64,000 nt of DNA from Bugula neritina (lineage: Eukaryota; Animalia; Bryozoa): NCBI GenBank assembly GCA_964035545.1, contig OZ037766.1:25966339-26030338 (forward strand), in the 5' to 3' direction. The position numbers and the translations under genes are program-made. Position 1 is the first letter of the stretch. Every line of letters begins with the position of its first letter. Positions 1 through 15,400 of the stretch are shown in pieces. The notes beneath the pieces were generated by a model. That model ran no database searches. It was not told where the DNA came from and saw only the letters and a list, made by a program, of their open reading frames with translations.

Positions 1-459
1 TTGTCATGAAACACCTCAGGTAACCTGTGGCAAGCACCTTGTTGACATTATGAAACTGCAACTGGCTAGAAATGTTTCAGTTCAAACAGTTAAAATGATT
101 CCCTCTTCGCATAGACTGCATTATAGTAAATAATGGGTCAATCACAGCATTAGCCATTTCTTTTCAAAGACTGTTTCTATAGAGAGATATAAATAGAGCG
201 ATACTACTGTAGCACTAGCATTACTACCCAGTCAGCATCTAGTACTCTACCACGTGTTAACAGCAGGCTACTCAGTATAGTAGCCATCTCTAATTTCCTC
301 TACTGTCTACTGCCACCAGTTTCTTGACTCTACAAAATATAGGTTTGTAACTTGTCAACATAGAGAGAAGACAAAGTGTAGGAATTGCTGCCGAGAATAG
401 CAGCTAGTCTGTGACTTTAGCTGCTGTTCTGTGTCACAGACTTATTGCTAATTACAAGT

Positions 460-3400
460 ATGGGGTCAGGATCGAGCATCAACAAAGTTTCTGTGGTAAG
501 TCAGCATTTACAGTCAGCATTTATACTGTATATTATAAGTGTGTTTAACTCTACATTTATACTGTATATTATAAGTATGTTTAACTCTACATTTATACTG
601 TATATTATAAGTATGTTTAATAATACATTTATACCATATGTAAGCATGTTTAACCCTACATTTATACCATATTATATAAGCATATTTAACATAACTTTTA
701 CATCATATATAAGTAAGCTTAAAGTCGGGATCATTGGTTTTTGGGACTTGGGTTATATTTTATTTCTGGTTTATTTAGAATTTTCTTTGTATTATAATCT
801 ATAATGTGATTTATTAATAATTATATCTTCATGCCAGGAATTATGCAGATTACCGATTTTCATTCTCTTGTTAGTGACAATAACTTATGTAATAATGTAA
901 TATGTATTATGTAATAATGTAATAGCATGTAATATGTAATAATGTAATAATGTAATAATGTAATAAAGTTAGTTGTATGCTGCATTTGTATTGCCGATGA
1001 CTTGCTTTGTGGGCATTGAAATATGAAAGCTATGTTGAGCCAAATGGCGGAAATAGAATAGTTGAAGGTCTGTAGATGTTTCCAAACTGAAGATTCTCAT
1101 ACATGCAGACATTTTATGTGTTTCATGATAATTTATTTCAAGTTAATGAAACAGGAATTTTGTTCGTTCTGTTACTTAACAAAATATTATCATAAAATTT
1201 ATTTGAAAAAAAACTTGTAAGGCTAAAGAATGCAAATGTTGAAAATACAAATGATAAATTGTATAGTAAGGTGCTTTGATTTTCATTCTTTCAAATGTAC
1301 TAAAATTATGCAGCGTTGACACAGCGTCCTCATTAGCCAGTTTAGATCTCAGTCTAAAAGTTCGTCTGCTTACCTATATTTAGAAGATCAGAGTTTCCCA
1401 TTGCTTCTTTCTGTCCTCTGTGGTTAAAAGCTCCCGGATGAAACATGGTTTAACAGTTTAGCATGGCTTAATGAACTGCCCTTCTCTTGTTTTAGAGCCC
1501 AGAATCAACAGGAAGCAGTAGGTCGCTGTCTCGAATAGCCTCTGATCCCTGCTACACGGATGCGATGAAGTTATTGCATGACAGCGTTATTGGGGATGGG
1601 TTGGTGTTTCAGTCACCACATGGGGAAAAGAGAGGTGAGCTTTTCTATGCTGTAAATGTAAATGTAGTGAGTGTGTTATGTAGTCAATACTGTATGTAGT
1701 TGGTATATACTGTAGTTAGTACTGTAGTCAGCACAATAGTGAGTACTGTAGTGAATGTTTATTGTAGCAATAAACTTGTATATACTGTAGTTAGTATAGT
1801 GTACTTTAAATAGATATACTGCAGTTCTATGTATTGTAGTTGTTATGTATGGTAGTATTTGTATATAGTATGTATGTATTGTATAGGCAGTATAAAAATT
1901 ATAGTTCATATAAAGCTTAATTTCCCACATAAAAAATTAGTAAAGCCATTGAAATATGTAGATAACCAAGAATATCTATTGCGGCAAAAGAAAGATATAA
2001 TGTACTGTAAGCTGAATTTAATTTGATCTTCTACTAAACTTCAGTCTGTTTCACTCATCCTTAGATATCATATGTTCTTGGTTTAATGTTTTTGCTGGAA
2101 ATTTTAGATACAGGCAAATTTACAAAGCAGTCATACTCCCTAATAGCAAGTGCTTTGCAATGAGGTTTTACTTATAAGTCTTCTATTAAACATGACTGAA
2201 CTTTGCAATTGCTCTACACAAAAAGTTATAACTCTACCAGAGTAAATTCATAATAATTACTGAAAACTATATTGTTACAATCAGAATACTATGTAAATAT
2301 TCATACAGCATACTTTACACTAATTAACTTCAGAGTATTACTATAGGCTGTCTGGAAACACTTTGAGTAAATAAAACAACTTTTCTTTCAAGTAAATAAA
2401 AATCCTCAAAAGCAACTAAAAACTGCAGTTCATACTTACACTGTACCTTACTTACTTATATTATACCTTACTTACTTATAGTATACCTTACTTACTTATA
2501 CTATACCTTACTTACTTATATTATACCTTACTTACTTATACTATACCTTACTTACTTATATGATACTTTATTTACTTACACTATACTTTACTTACTTATA
2601 TTTACACCATTGCTACCCTCCCATGCTTTGCATTATACAACTGATTGATGGTCTAAAATCTTCAAAGCTCAACATTCGTTTTGGTGTAACAAGACATAAA
2701 GTACAAGCTCAACTAGTAACTTTCAAGAAAAGTTAATGAAAATTTTATAAGAAAGGCTCATAACACAATTATGTAACGTATTTTAGTATTTATTTTCTCT
2801 AAATATGATAATAATGATCGATCTTTTGAGTTTTGCAAATTCTCATTTACTTGATTATTTGATTTAATGAAATTTTGCCAACTGTGAAACATTGCTATCA
2901 AACAGCAGAAATACATTTACCACTCCCAATAAGAAAAGAGTCTTTAGATTACAGTTTTAGCTAAAACTGTTTTAGTTTTATAGTTCTGTTGAATTATCTC
3001 TAGTTCTCGCATTGTAGCCACTCTTCATTGTCTTGATAACTAGCATAGCAACCTATTTATTGTTGTTTTGTAGTTTTATACCTGGACTACACAGCATCAG
3101 GAAGGTGAGTATGTAACCATCAGAAACTATTATTTCTACCTGCATGCTTCTAAATAATCATCACTTTTAAGTTGGAAAACTTAGGTAGTAAAATTGTTAA
3201 TAACATGAATGCTGAATAACTAAGTTAACTAGGTATTGGTGATTTGTGATGATTATTAAAAAAGTATGATAGCTATTATAACCAGCGCTACCCAGTTATT
3301 TATCTTCTTGTTAACTGCAAATGTCATTGGAAATGGCTATTTTATTCTACTTCCAAGTAATGAGGCAGTTTATTATCTAACTTTGAATATCGGCTTCCAG

Positions 3401-6400
3401 CATGGAACTTGTCTCTTTGAAATGGAAATTTTAATACTTACAATTAATATTAAAATGCAGAGTTTGAAATTTGCACAAAATTTTACCTTTCAGTAAAATA
3501 TTAGGCTGTGTACAAATAAAAATAGCATTATTACATTTTACTATACTATATTAAATTATTTTATATTATGTAACTTGGTAATTGTATTTATGTATAGGTC
3601 TTATGTAACTTTGTAATTGTAGTATATTTCATCAAATTATGCAACTTTATAATTATATTATATTATGTCATTTTACACATAACTATAATATATTATATTA
3701 TGTAACTTTATAATTATATTATTTTATATTACATTATGTAACTTTATAGTGGCATTATGTTATTATATATTATCTAGTATTATAGGTTATATTACATTAT
3801 ATCATATTAATTTGCTTATAATGAATCAATATGATTTAAAGTATAATTCAGCTTAAGTTTAAGAAATAAAATGGATATGGTGAGAAATGGTGAGAACTAA
3901 ATGTGATGGTAATTTCTAAAAATTGAATTCTTTGTGACGTCAAAGCCAGGATAACAAAAATTAGTTTGTAGGTAAAGCAGGTGTCTATTATTTCATGCAA
4001 ACTCTCATCCAATATATGATTTTCTTACTATATAAAATAATGATTATTAATATAGCTTGTAATTGTAAAACACTTTCCAAGCCAATTTCCTTAGTTGTCA
4101 ACTATGATTATTTATGTACAAACTATTGATGGCTGCTATAGTATTCATACTATTTTGCTTAACAACAATTTGTTTACTAGTGTATAATATGATACACACT
4201 AAATTGGCCCACTGCAATGGCCTGAAACTTGAGAAATTAGTTCTAGTCTGTAAAATTAAACTTTGTGGGTATTTATTACACGGAGTTAGAAGTGTTCGTG
4301 TGGGCTGTGATGTAGTAGCAGTAGCTATGTGCAGTAAACATTGTCATATATATACTTTTACACACCATGTTGATATATTTGGGTATTTACCAAACCACCT
4401 GCTGTTTGCATAAAATGTCTCATGAATGCAAGAATTGTAACTCTATCAGACACCAGAGCTAACAACACACCTTGTTTATACAAGAAGTTTGTGTCAGCAT
4501 TGTAACACATAATAAACAAATATAGCAGCAACAGCTGTACAATAAACAAAAAAGTTATGTTTAAAGATGTCAGGTTGCTGCCTGAGAGAACCTCTTAGTT
4601 AGCAATGTCACATCCACTAGGGTAACTGAAGTTATAAGTTTAGTAAACACGTGGTTATATAATTTAGTAAAGCGTGTCAACACTCGTGTGAAGTAATAAC
4701 TCCTTGAGGTCACACCTGCGTAGTGTAATTATTACGCTCTCATGGCTGATGCAATGTGCTTGACCTCAGCTATTTGGTTTCCCTGAGTATCTCTGAACTC
4801 CCCTCTTCTCCCATCATGTATAGAATACTTTGTAAGGTTACCATATAGTTTAGGCTGTTAATAATTTATAGTATTAAAAAAAGGTTAATGAACTTTAAGG
4901 TGAAAATTCCTGAAGTTTTCAAAGCTGCAGTTCAATATTCTATTTTTATTGCACAACGTTCAGTTATAATTTATACACTTCACACGCAAATATGTACTCA
5001 TCTATTGGGAAATACGTCAAACATGATTTTGATACTGTATAGCTTTGTTATTACTTTTCAACTACGCAATGATATGAAACCATAAGTCCTGAAAATTATG
5101 CCAATTTATATGATATAAATAAAAAACAAATAATTACAATTGAATATTTATACAGAATATAATATAAAATTTCAAACTTTAGCACTGGCCAATATATTCG
5201 TTACGCATTTTAATTAAGATTTACAAAATTCTTAGCAGTAACTGTTTTATTTGCTTAATCAACTTATCTGGTTTACATTATAACTTGTATCAGATTTAGG
5301 ATGACTAATCTTAAACACTTACAAAATTTCTGATGTCAAATAGCTACAGCATGTATAACCATACCACTAATCCAATTAGCTGTTTGGGTTATAAAAACGG
5401 CGTAGAAATCAAAAAACAGTTGAATTTGATAGTTTCTACTTTTGACACAAATTTACTGATCTGCCAGTATCTTTACATTGTTTACATTTTTCACAAATAA
5501 TGTGGTCAGAATCTGTTGATTTCTTAAACTTTTATTCTCATAGCTCAGCAATAAAATTTTCTATTTTGTAGAAATAATTTTGAATGTAAGTTAGTTAAAC
5601 GTATTATTTACTCATCTTTAGAGAACACTACTATGTGCAACTGATATAGAGAGTATGGCACTTATAGGGTGGTGATTGTATAATATGTGTGTATGGCTAG
5701 GAGGTAGCACATGTAATATAATGTGTACTGTGCAGGATAAAATAGTCGGTTGTTTTAGTCAGCTGTGTACAGTAATTAAAAGCATTTTGATTGATTTCAG
5801 TAAAGACAGAATAAGTCAATTTTAAATAATTTGAAGCAAATATGTTTTGGAAGCCTTACTAAGTTAATCATTATAAAAACTCACGAAAGTTTATAGTCAC
5901 CATCTCCGGTTGTTGCACGACTTCAGAGCTATTAAGCTTCAACAGCCGCATGTATTATATCAATGTGATTAGTAAGTTTTCATACATGGTAAAAATATTT
6001 TCTTTTTCATTATATTTATTGGAAATTATTTACCAATATGTTTCACACTTTATTTCACATTTTAAATTACTTTTAAACCAGTTGTTAGATGTATATATAG
6101 TGATCACCACTTTAAATGGCCAATTGCTTTATTATCTCCTAGCCAGAGTGTTCAGGTCTTAAACTTAAACTCCATGTTTAATGCCCCAGATTTAAGTATT
6201 TCAGCCATCATTCAACCTAAGTATAAACAACTCCATGTTATGCAATTGTATTTCAGTAATTTATTCTTTTATTTTATAACTCAATATACATTATATAATA
6301 TTTAATTTTCAGACCTGTCAAATACATTGAAGACTTTCTCAGAAGTGAAGTTTATCATAAATATGCCAACACACACACTTCAACTTGCGTAACAGCTCGC

Positions 6401-9400
6401 CAAACCAGCATATCTAGGGAGGGAGCACGGTAAGTGTATCAGCTCACTAAACCAGTCTGTCTAGGGAGAGAGCATGGTAAGTGTAACAGCTCGCCAAACC
6501 AGTGTGTCTAGGGAGAGAGCGAGTGTTACAGAACAATATATATCTAGGAACGATAAACATAAAAAAATGAGACATTTTCTCTTTATTTATGAAACACCAA
6601 TTAAAAACTCTTAAAAGTGGATGCATGGTAAGAATTTGAGTTTTAATTATCAAGAAATATTTCCCATCCACAAATCTCACGTAACTAATTGTAAATAAAA
6701 GCACTGATTATTGATGCTGAAAAATCAATATGCAAATCAATTGGAATTTTGTTGTATCATTTCACGGTAAATGCATTCTTCATTTATAATACAAAACAAG
6801 AAGTAATTTCTCAGCAGGGTGGTGAAGGCATTTGGTATAATCTTATTCAGTGTATTTGCACCTTTAGATCATTTATAAAGAAGTGTGTGAATGCAAACGA
6901 GGATGATGTCCTGTTGTTTACTGGTTCGGGTGTAACTGGAGCCATACACAAACTGGTTTCTGCTCTAAATATCAACCCCAAAGAAACTGTAAGCATAATA
7001 ACTCTGTATCCAGATTTTTTTAAGATAAAAGTCTGTTGTAAGTAATAGTTATTAGCCCAAAGTTGCTTCTTCTGTTATGAAAGTAATAAAATGAGTGCCA
7101 AATATTTGTGTTAGTTTTGCTAACAATAGCAAAAGTCAAAAAGCACATACCGTAAATTTTATAGTAGATTATTTTTAATCTATACAGATTGACGCAGTAA
7201 TATCATGTAATAACATTAGGTTTTATGTTTTGCAAGCCTTACTAGGTTAATCATTATAAAAACTCACGCAAGTTTATAGTCACCATCTCTGTAAGAAAAC
7301 CCCTGATAGAAGGGGTTTTTGTTAAATCCAGCTAAGGACTTATTCAGATGGAGCACAGAAGCAATTAAATCTGGATGCTCTTCCCAAAATCACTAATGGA
7401 ATTTCTCGAGCGCTTACTCTAACCCTGAAACCACAACTGCTCCCTGGTTAATCATTAAATTCAAATAATATTATTATTTTAAATTCTATTTAAAACTGCA
7501 TATTTGCACTCTGGGTGGCTATGCATAAATAAATGACAGAAATTTGTTTCAGTAATACCATGGTGTAAGCGAATAAGCTAAAAATTATTCAATGATTTAA
7601 ATATATTAAAATATAAGCTTACCTCTGATCTGTTGTAAAGGGGTAGTTTCTATTGTATAATAAACAATTGGCATGGTGCACGCTGTTTTGGTGCCCCAGA
7701 GCTCCTGAATTTAGAGCATAAATATTTCAGTTTGTTATTTCTGTAATCTTATACTGAAGCCCAAATATCAATATGATCCTACTAAAGGGGTAGGGGGTCT
7801 TTTCATCTTACCCTGTTCTTGTACAATCTACTCATTTCCATAATCATGTTATGGCATTGACAGCTATTCTAAGATTACAAGCTTCTAGTTTCTTGTAACT
7901 TACATGTAGAACAGCTTTTTCTGTTAGCAATTTTTCACACAAGGTAAATTTTTCCTTAACTATAATATTTTTGTCAACACAAAAATATACAGATTATGGA
8001 ATTAGTTGGAATAGCTGTTGACACACACACATTAATTCGAATTCTGTAAAAGTTTATAAATAGATTTATTCTAAAATAAATTATAGTGAACAGTTTTATA
8101 ATTTTTCTGCACAAATCTTTCAAAATTTGCTAATATTTTATTTTTAATGTATGCGAATCAAAAATACATCTCAAATTATAATATTCAATTCTGGCTACAT
8201 AGTATAATGGGTTGGATAATGAAAATAGTTTCAGTAACTGGTTTGCTGATGAAATCACTGTAATGGGACAGGTTTAGAATGCAGTTCTGTAGAACAACAT
8301 TTATAATCACCTAAAGAATTATATAATAGGGTTTAAATGTTTTATTACTTAATATTCTACTTTATGGTTGGCTAGTAATTTTATTAGTTTATAACAAACC
8401 ATTTTTCGCCTTGTCAACAAAAGATATTAACTTAATAGTCTTTGACAAAATCAAATTCTCAGCTTCATCTACATTTCCATAAGACTATATTCTCCACACA
8501 TCCCTCATAACTAAAAGTTCTATAAATCTTCATTGATTTTCTCAATTTTCTTTGCATCATTTATGTACAAGTATACTAAACCTTACTGAACATAAGTATT
8601 CAATCTACTGGTTTGCTGTTAGAATTGGGGACACAATCAATGATTTGGTTAGTTAGCCATTATGGTAATTTCTGCACACTAATACACTTGTTTAACAACC
8701 TACTTTCCCTAAAAACACATCATTTTCTCTAAAACATATTTTTTGCTCCTCTCTCAGCTTTATCTAACTCAAAAAAAAATGATTAATTAAATTTTGATTT
8801 TTGCGGCCTGTATTGGGGGTAAGAGAAAACAAGATTTAGGAATCTTTAGCATTAGCTAATAAGCTCACTGCCTAAGTGTCTATATTAAATACTTTCTGAT
8901 CTTTGAGTTACAGTTAATAAGATAATGATCTGTAGTATGTGCTAATCTTCACACAAAAGTTATTGGTTGTTTCAGGTGGTTTTGATAGGGCCGTATGAGC
9001 ACCACTCCAATATCCTACCATGGAAGGAATCAGGAGCCAAGGTACACACAATTTCACAAACCAAGTCTGGGCAGATAGACATGCAGGATCTGGAGACCCA
9101 AGTTATGGTAGGATACTAGACTCCTTACACATAGTTTTAGAGTCAATTCATAGGGTTGATATAATTGCGTTTCAAAATAGAATGACCTTCACTTGATTGG
9201 AGCATTATCCAAACTCTAACAAAAGAGTCATTAAGTTGTTCTAAACACAAAAGACTTTAGGAAGAACATTATTGGCACAGTTTTGCCCAATTTACTGTAG
9301 CTTGGTAACTATAAGATGCGCTAGTTTTTTATTTCAGCGGTCAGCCATAACTTTGATAAGCTACAAAAACAAGTTAGAAAACATCTATGCAGAAGATACA

Positions 9401-12400
9401 GCAATGGCTTTCCTTCAAAATACTCAAATGTCAAGTTACGTGCCCTAAGTGTATCATCTACAAGTTTCATCTTGTCACTGATTACAGAATGCTGCTGGTA
9501 AGACTGTGATTGGCTCATTCAGTGCTGCCAGCAATGTCACAGGAATTATTTCAGACGTAAAGAGAGTTACTAGATTGCTGAAAAGGTATGGAGCTTTAGT
9601 CTTTTGGGACTACGCCACCGCTGCTCCATACGTAGATATCAACATGAATGCAGCCCAGCAGGGGTAAGTTAAATGCACTTCTTGCAAAGCAAGTCTTGAT
9701 TGCTTCTCTCTATTCATATATTACTAGTATTATGCTAACTCAGCTTATTTTCTCCTCCACATTAAAATACTGGAAAATAATTTCATTGAAGCCTATGTAA
9801 TTGACTATTATTGCCACTATAGGAAGCAAACTGGGTTATATTTGTTAGCTATGCATGAAGGGTCACAGTATATTCCAGCAACTATTCATATTATTTTGTT
9901 CACACAACTTTAATAACTATTGATATTTATAAGGGCAATGAATGTTAGTTACTTGTTTACATAAGTGAGCTCAACTATGTATTGGAGTTGTCATATCTAG
10001 AAGGTGAAATGGTAACATCACTGTGAGCTATTGTTATCTTAGCTACCGTAAACTCAAATTTGGGCTTAGCTTCTTAAACATCAATTGCAGATAAAACACA
10101 ATATGGTAAAAGGTATGTCATCGTTTTTAAACCTAAAAACTTATGGATAGATACATGTTGTGGTAATTCACTTTTTGTCTCAAACCCTGCAACTGTACCT
10201 TTTAAGTAGTACTTTAGAATTTGCTGTTTATATTTCAGGAGTATTGATGCTGTATTCATCTCCCCTCACAAGTTTCTTGGTGGTCCCCAGTCTCCTGGTA
10301 TACTAGTGGCGAAGAAACACTTGTTTCGAAATAAAATACCAGTTGTCCCAGGTGGAGGCACAGTAGCATACGTGAGTTTTCTTCCCAAATGTCTGGCAGT
10401 AAGGGAACTTGTTTTAGTCTCTGCATTGCGGGAAGATTGCAAAAGTGAATGAGCAAACACCAAAATTAACTAATTATAATTTATATGTTCAATCAAAAAG
10501 TTTAACAATTTGTTTTAAATAACTGGATTTCTAAAATTAATCAATAAAAATTAAAACTAGCACTAGACCACAATAAGCTTCAATCAACAAGACCACATTC
10601 AACTTGGAGGAAGCTGATGACAGTATAAGAACACAATGAAGGTTGTAAGTGCCAAGCATTAAAACTTGCCAAATAACTAACAATTTCTTGATTGGCTAAT
10701 TTCAAAAACTTGTGATAAAAACACTCTCTGAGCCAAAATTAGAACTATATAGTCTGTAATCTATGCATTGTGGAAAAATGTGACACATGCAATAAATTTT
10801 AAATCCTAATAATAATTTCTTATCTAAAAACATGCAGTTAACATTCATGCATCTAACAACCCACCACATCAACTTTAGAGTATGGAGAGTAGGAGTGACT
10901 CAAATAACAATTTATAACTAAAATAATATTATAGTTATTAACAAATTATAGTAGAGGTAACGGGGGCACAACGGTCATAGGGGTACAAAAAGCCGGCCAA
11001 ATTGTCAGAGAACGTATTGACTTGGAGTTGTGATTTTTTTTCATATAAAGATGTTGACATAATTATTCAGCCTTTGTAGTTTCAACACTTGCCGAACATA
11101 CGTGTTGAAAAGGCGAGTAAAAAACTGTTTTTACCTGCTTTTTGTAAATTTTTTAGGATGTCGTTGAAGCCTTATAACTTTTTACACTCAAAGGCAAGAA
11201 GCCTAGATTTTACTAATATTGTTGCCATTGCTTGTCTCTACAATGCTTAACTAGTATAACAGCAAACACTGAAATAAATTTTCCTTGAGGCACATTTATT
11301 TTCAATTTCGCCACACGGGGCACAATGGGCCACGCTGACCGGGGCACAATGGGCCACCTGATTATTGCACCCTGATCACTGTAATTAGTTTGTTTGCCCA
11401 AAAAGGTGGTTGAAATGTTACTAAAATCTATAAATATAGCCATTTCTGACCTTTTTGTAAAATATCAAAGACATCATGGTAAGACTACAAAACTACAAGT
11501 TGAAGCTCCCCTAATACATACATCTGGTAAGGTTAAAGCTTTGCCATTTTATACATAATACAAAACACTCTGCTGTTGCTACTAGTAGATAGTCATGATA
11601 ATCATTATACATTACACCATTGAGGGAATATTATACATGCATTTGACTGAAATAAATTGCGATTTGCTAACTTGCTCCCCCCTCTCCCTTCCGTACTCCA
11701 GTCACAAACCTCAGCCATGTATGCACCTTAGCTACAGTTCATTGAAAAAAGTTCACTCAGAATTTTGTAGTACATTTTAGTAAAGTTTTTTTTAATAAAC
11801 GTTGCTCTGAAGTGAAAATAACAAAACATTTTTAGTTTTAAACAGTAATGATAATGGCACTGCAGAACTGAGTGACGTGCGTTTGACTTTGCCTTCCTCT
11901 GCTATCAGTAGTGGCACAAACTGTACAGCTAAAACATGAATTTTGCTGTAAATCTGAAAGAGTATCTTTATTTATTTGTAATATTAAATGAATAAAGATC
12001 AGATGTAACAAAATACGCAAAATTTCAATATATTTGTTGTGTCCCACCCAGTGGCCCATTGTACCCCGGTACCGGGGCACAATGGGCCAATTTTTTCGTT
12101 ATGAAAATTTCATTATTCTGAAAGTTGTGAAAGAGATAAAAACAACAAACTGGTACCTGTAATAGACAACAGATGCAGCATTAAGACTAGAGATTATTGA
12201 ACTATAGTAACTTGAAAAACAGACGAATGAGAGCAACAAATGCAAAATTCGGCCCGTTGTGCCCCCCCCCCCCCCGTTACCTCTATTATATTTTCCTTTA
12301 TGATCAACAGTATGCATCATGATTTAACTAAAAACTACGTAGCAAGTCAGCTGAGAGAATTTCATGGCTATTTAAATTAAGATTTCAATTAATAGCAGAT

Positions 12401-15400
12401 TGAGGCAACAAGGAGATTTCTTTTGCCATTGTTACGTATTTTATAAAGAAATATTATACTAATCAGCAAATAGTTCACAGCATGATAGCATGTACTGGTG
12501 GATGCATACTATACAATATTGCCCACCACAAGTGGCACCTATTTGATTCCTCTTTTTGAATGCACTTTAAAACATGTTACATTTGTGGTCATAAATAGAA
12601 TTCTTTGGAAAAAAAATGAAAACAATAAAACTATGATATGTAATATTTAGGTTTAGAATAAATATTTTCACTAATAAAGTTATTCACTGTGCATGTGGTG
12701 CTCCAAATATGTTCCGTGAGTATTATGCTTGCTAATTGCTCATTTGGATTCGTTTTGATGAACTTTTTGTATATTTAAACAATAGTAGTAAGTGACATGG
12801 CAAGCAGTTGTGCTAAACATGTAAACTGTAAAATTTCAGTAAACTTTCTGTAAAATTCTCTCCATATGTATCTTCTACAAATGTGATTTTCAATTTAGCT
12901 GAACTAGTTCATGTTGATGATGCATTGTTGTGAACACACAGGTATATTCGGAGGGTCATGAGTACTTATCAGACATAGAAGCGAGGGAGGAGGGTGGTAC
13001 GCCCCCTATCATAGAATCAATCAGAGCAGCTCTAGCTTTCAAACTAAAACATGTGAGTATTACTACTTATAACTTTATTTTGATTGAGACTTGCCTATGA
13101 CTGTACTCTAAGGGCATGCCATTCTGTTTGTATTACAGTCGATTGGGCTGAGACAACTCCAAAGTAGAGAGGAATATCTATACAACATTGGTAAAGAATT
13201 CTGGACTCAGAACTGTCTCAACATGACAATACTCGGTTGCGGGTCGGTTCACAGACTTCCCATCTTCTCCTTCATAGTCACTCACCCTACAGTTTCCAAA
13301 CTTGTGCATCATAATTTTATCTCTACGTTGCTCAACGACCTCTACGGCATTCAGACAAGAGGAGGATGCGCATGTGCAGGTCCTTATGGAGAGGTTCGTG
13401 TTTATGCAACTTCTATAGACATAAAATTTTAGTCATGTACAGTTTTAGTAAGTTGCATTATAAAGAATATATTTTTGATTTGGGAGTTATGTACACTTGC
13501 ATAATACTTGCAACTATCTCACAGCAGCCAATGGCATTCAATAAACGTTCTTTACAGTGTTCTATTTAAATTTTATTTATGCTTCTAATATTTTTCGTAA
13601 ATATACTGTGGAAAATGTACATAGTACCAGTTCTAATACAACTAAACTTGTGCATTTGAGTGCTTATATAACAGTTCAAACTCATGCTTTCATTTGTAGA
13701 GCTTACTGGGCATAAATGCACAACATTTCATCAAATTTTTCCGAAAGACTGATTCCTCGTAAGTAATGACCTCAGGCAAAGCAGAGAACCATTAGCAGTT
13801 TAAAACAACTTTTAATATCAACTTATAGGAATTCATATTTCAGTTTAATCTTTTTTTATATTTCTCTAACAAACCCGACTATTGTTTTACTTGGGTTAGA
13901 CACCTTTGACACTTACACTTGCTTGAGAAATTTGTGTTTAGTTCAAAAGTTCTTTTTCTGGACATTATCAGTATTTGTTACATTAAAGCATAATATAATA
14001 TAATATAGTATAGTATAGTACAATATAATATAACATAATATGATATGATACAATGTAATATAATATAATATAATAAAGCCTAGTATAATATGATATAATA
14101 TAATATATTCTAATATAATATCGTATAATACAATTTGATATAATAGAAGATAATATAGTATATTGTAGTACAATATAATTTATTGCGATATAATATAGTA
14201 TAATAATATAATATATAGATAATGCAATATAATATTATTATAGAATTATGTTAGAATTATACAAAGAAGTATTATTGGCTGAATTGTAGAAAGACAGCGG
14301 ACTGTTTCTGTGAAGGAGATAAGACATGTGATCACACAATACAGGAAATTCTAAAGTAGGTGACATTTCTGACAGTCAGTGATTAGCATTATCAACACTC
14401 TAGCTAATTACTGTACTTAGTGCATGCTTCTATTACTATACTGTACTAATACTAATAAAACTTTTCCGATTTATTGAATTAAATTCATCTATCAGAGTTG
14501 GTCATAAAAGTTAGTGCTGCATCTTATTAAGACTATGAACTAACTTTGCCCCACTGGGATTTGAACCCAAGACCTCCAGCTTGCAAGCAGGCGAGCTAAC
14601 CATTACACTACAGGGGCAATTGGGTAAACTCAACACTACAAAGACTCCCATTTTTTGCAGCAGTGACAGTGTAAATTAATATCTGCATTTCACTTTTGAC
14701 TCTCCCATACAGCGAGCTCAAACAATGCCAAAGATATGTCATGATGAAAAAACTTGATGAGTTTTATATAGCGAGTTTTATAAAACTCAAATGACATGTT
14801 TCAGACCAGGTTTCTGCAGACTCAATCTTCCTTATACAATGAATGAAGACGAATTAGACTTTGTTCTTCACGCTGTTAAAGAAATCACAGACAACGGGTG
14901 GAAGCTATTGCCTCTCGTAAGTTCTTCTATAGTGGTGCAGTAGCACAGCTTACCTTTGCTGCCCCTAATAAGAGCAGCTTTATGCGTTTCCGTTAAACTA
15001 TAAGTATAAGATATGTTGCTGGGATGAAAGCGAACGATTGTAGATTACTTGATACTATGGTAACCTGCTATCACGTAAGAAATAAATGTTTATTATAAAC
15101 CTTGTAGTTAAATAAAGCGGCTATATACATATTCAACCAATTATAAAAAAAACTGCACATTGTAATAGTGTGTGGCTTTCAAACAGTGTCATTTATTTAT
15201 AGTACACATTTGATGTGCGCTCAGGCTCCTGGTATTCTAAGAAAAGGCCTGTTGAGAACCTGAACCACTTTGAAGACATCATGCTATCTAATAAAGGCCT
15301 GAGATACAGAAACACTCCTGTGGCAGATCCTGTAGTCAAACCTCTGACTAAAGAATACCTGCAGGTATATTTACTACTATAGCAACATGAGTACTACTTC

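Noticed and set aside
445-804. 119-aa ORF with repeated STFILYIISMFN
   Set aside because: Only 460-495 is exon; the rest is read-through into a 36-bp intronic minisatellite.
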